DNA of 22,123 nucleotides, taken from Ginkgo biloba (lineage: Eukaryota > Plantae > Ginkgophyta). A program made the translations under genes and the position numbers. This document shows, piece after piece, positions 20,891 to 22,123 of this stretch. Below the pieces are notes generated by a model. It was given only the letters and a program-made list of their open reading frames with translations, was not told the DNA's origin and did not search any database. The DNA lies in NCBI GenBank assembly GCA_024626585.2, contig JANKJI020000004.1, forward strand, positions 31,136,777 to 31,158,899, in the 5' to 3' direction. Positions within the stretch are counted from its first letter, which is position 1. Every line of letters begins with the position of its first letter.

Positions 20891-21429
20891 GGGTCCTCTA
20901 TTATGTTCGTGATTACAATTGATACTTCTATCATTGTTATGTCCTTTGGTATTTCTATTATTGACGTTAGCACCATAACCTCCTCCATTAAAGTTTCCTC
21001 CATTGCTTCTATGATTAAAGTTTCCATCATTATCATTTCCATTAGGGTTAAAACTTTATTTCTATTTTCGTAAAAATTTCTATTGTAATTTCCACTCTAA
21101 TTAAATTCAAAGTTTTCACTATTGCTAAAATTTATAATATTGTTATCATTTCCACTATTGGCATTAAAATTACTACTATAACTACTAAATTGTCCATCAT
21201 ATATGTTGGAATTTTTGATATTGTTATTGAAGTTGCCACTAATATTATTATGTTGGAAATTATTTGTGTTAGAGTTAAAATGGTTACTAAATTGATTGCT
21301 GCTACTACCCGTATTTGTGAAGTTAGGATTGTAATTAATGCTAAAAATTTTGAACTTGTGTTTGAAGTGCTCTAATTATTTAGGTTTGTTACACCATTAG
21401 TTTGATGGAATGAATTGGGTATGATTCAT
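20891..21429 (-). pseudogene. Asn/Gly/Ser/Phe-rich low-complexity coding segment directly N-terminal to the Gag capsid; candidate ATG at 21429
   Basis: MNHTQFIPSN*WCNKPK*LEHF...INYNPNFTNTGSSSNQFSNHFNSNTNNFQHNNISGNFNNN...SGNYNRNFYENRNK/SFNPNGNDNDGNFNHRSNGGNFNGGGYGANVNNRN...HNRGP, with 3 stops and 1 frameshift. Confidence 0.7.
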
Positions 21430-21729
21430 AGATCAAGAATCCTCAAAAGAGTGGAAGCAAAATAAAATTGATTTGCATCAAGGAAAATAAGCTTGTTGCA
21501 AGTGCTTAATCAATCAGGTAGGTAGAATAGGTCAGGGGGATCTCATTATCTTAAGTCCANNNNNNNNNNNNNNNNNNNNNNNNNNNNNNNNNNNNNNNNN
21601 NNNNNNNNNNNNNNNNNNNNNNNNNNNTCTCCTAAGCACCATGTCTTTCCCTTCAAGCGCCATACCTTCTCTTGATGAAGTGCCACACTTCTTCCTCAAA
21701 GACAAAAATTAATAATTTTGGTTTGCAAA

Positions 21730-22123
21730 TGTACAAACTCTGCACATGCATTTGTATTGCATGGAAATCGAATTGAATCTTGATATATGACAAGATTATG
21801 ATAGCAAGATAGATTCGAACCTATAACAAGACAAAGAATCTAACAAGAGATAAAATAAGAAGTCAAAATCCAAAGAGAAAGTATTTATAACTTCAAACTT
21901 GTAGCATAGCAATAATGGAGAAGAATACATGTACAATATACAATGTCCAAGGTTTCGTTATAAGGATAGCTAAGGTTCTCAAGATAAGAAGGAGAGCCAT
22001 GCAAGCATTCTCATGCACCATATATCCTCCATGTAAGTATGATCATGCACCCTCATGTAAAGTGAAGTAACTACAATCTACTCAAGGGTCTTATCCATGC
22101 AAGGGTCCCTTATGCACTAATGA
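21730..22123 (-). mobile_element. Putative 5' LTR of the Gypsy element, running off the window
   Basis: Lies upstream of gag. The minus strand ends ...gtACA at 21730, followed by tttgcaaacc (possibly a decayed PBS), and has TATAAATA at about 21882-21889. No partner LTR is available to confirm it. Confidence 0.35.

Larger units (their letters stand above)
15000..22123 (-). mobile_element. Degenerate Ty3/Gypsy LTR retrotransposon with gag-PR-RT-RH-IN order; many stops and frameshifts; non-functional
   Basis: Recognisable relic domains lie in Gypsy order on the minus strand (see sub-features). The 3' boundary is lost in or beyond the gap at 14108-14999. No matching 3' LTR was found in the window. 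Confidence 0.93.

Noticed and set aside
21190-21375. Hydrophobic Ile/Val-rich + strand ORF resembling a membrane peptide
   Set aside because: It is the codon-aligned antisense shadow of the Asn-rich minus-strand gag segment (ATT/GTT are the complements of AAT/AAC).
1-22123. CRISPR array or prokaryotic defence system
   Set aside because: There is no regularly spaced repeat-spacer array and no operon. The window is spliceosomal-intron-containing plant DNA, and the regular 100-N blocks are scaffolding gaps.

Overview
This is eukaryotic (land-plant) nuclear DNA from a gappy draft scaffold. It is AT-rich and has about 17 N-gaps, many of them exactly 100 N. It is not prokaryotic: there is no operon and no CRISPR array. 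The single host gene is on the + strand: a 7-exon CSU2 / C9orf78 / Tls1 (Hep_59 family) splicing-associated gene at 1751-8738, with a 5.1-kb repeat-containing intron 3. As assembled, its last exon has a frameshift right after 'DHPEL' that puts the conserved C-terminus out of frame. The right third (about 15000-22123) is a heavily decayed minus-strand Ty3/Gypsy LTR retrotransposon with an unusual layout: an Asn/Gly-rich prion-like N-terminal segment, Gag capsid, a diverged duplicate of the Gag C-terminal part, two CCHC knuckles, protease, a second capsid-like segment, RT, RNase H and integrase. Just downstream of it are two decayed copies of a plastid-type 23S rRNA fragment (NUPT-like, covering the I-CeuI site region). 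Other LTR relics (PPT/PBS/LTR ends) lie at the left end and in intron 3. The long TE-filled intron and the element type suggest a gymnosperm or fern, but that is inference. All translations were done by hand; no database search was run.
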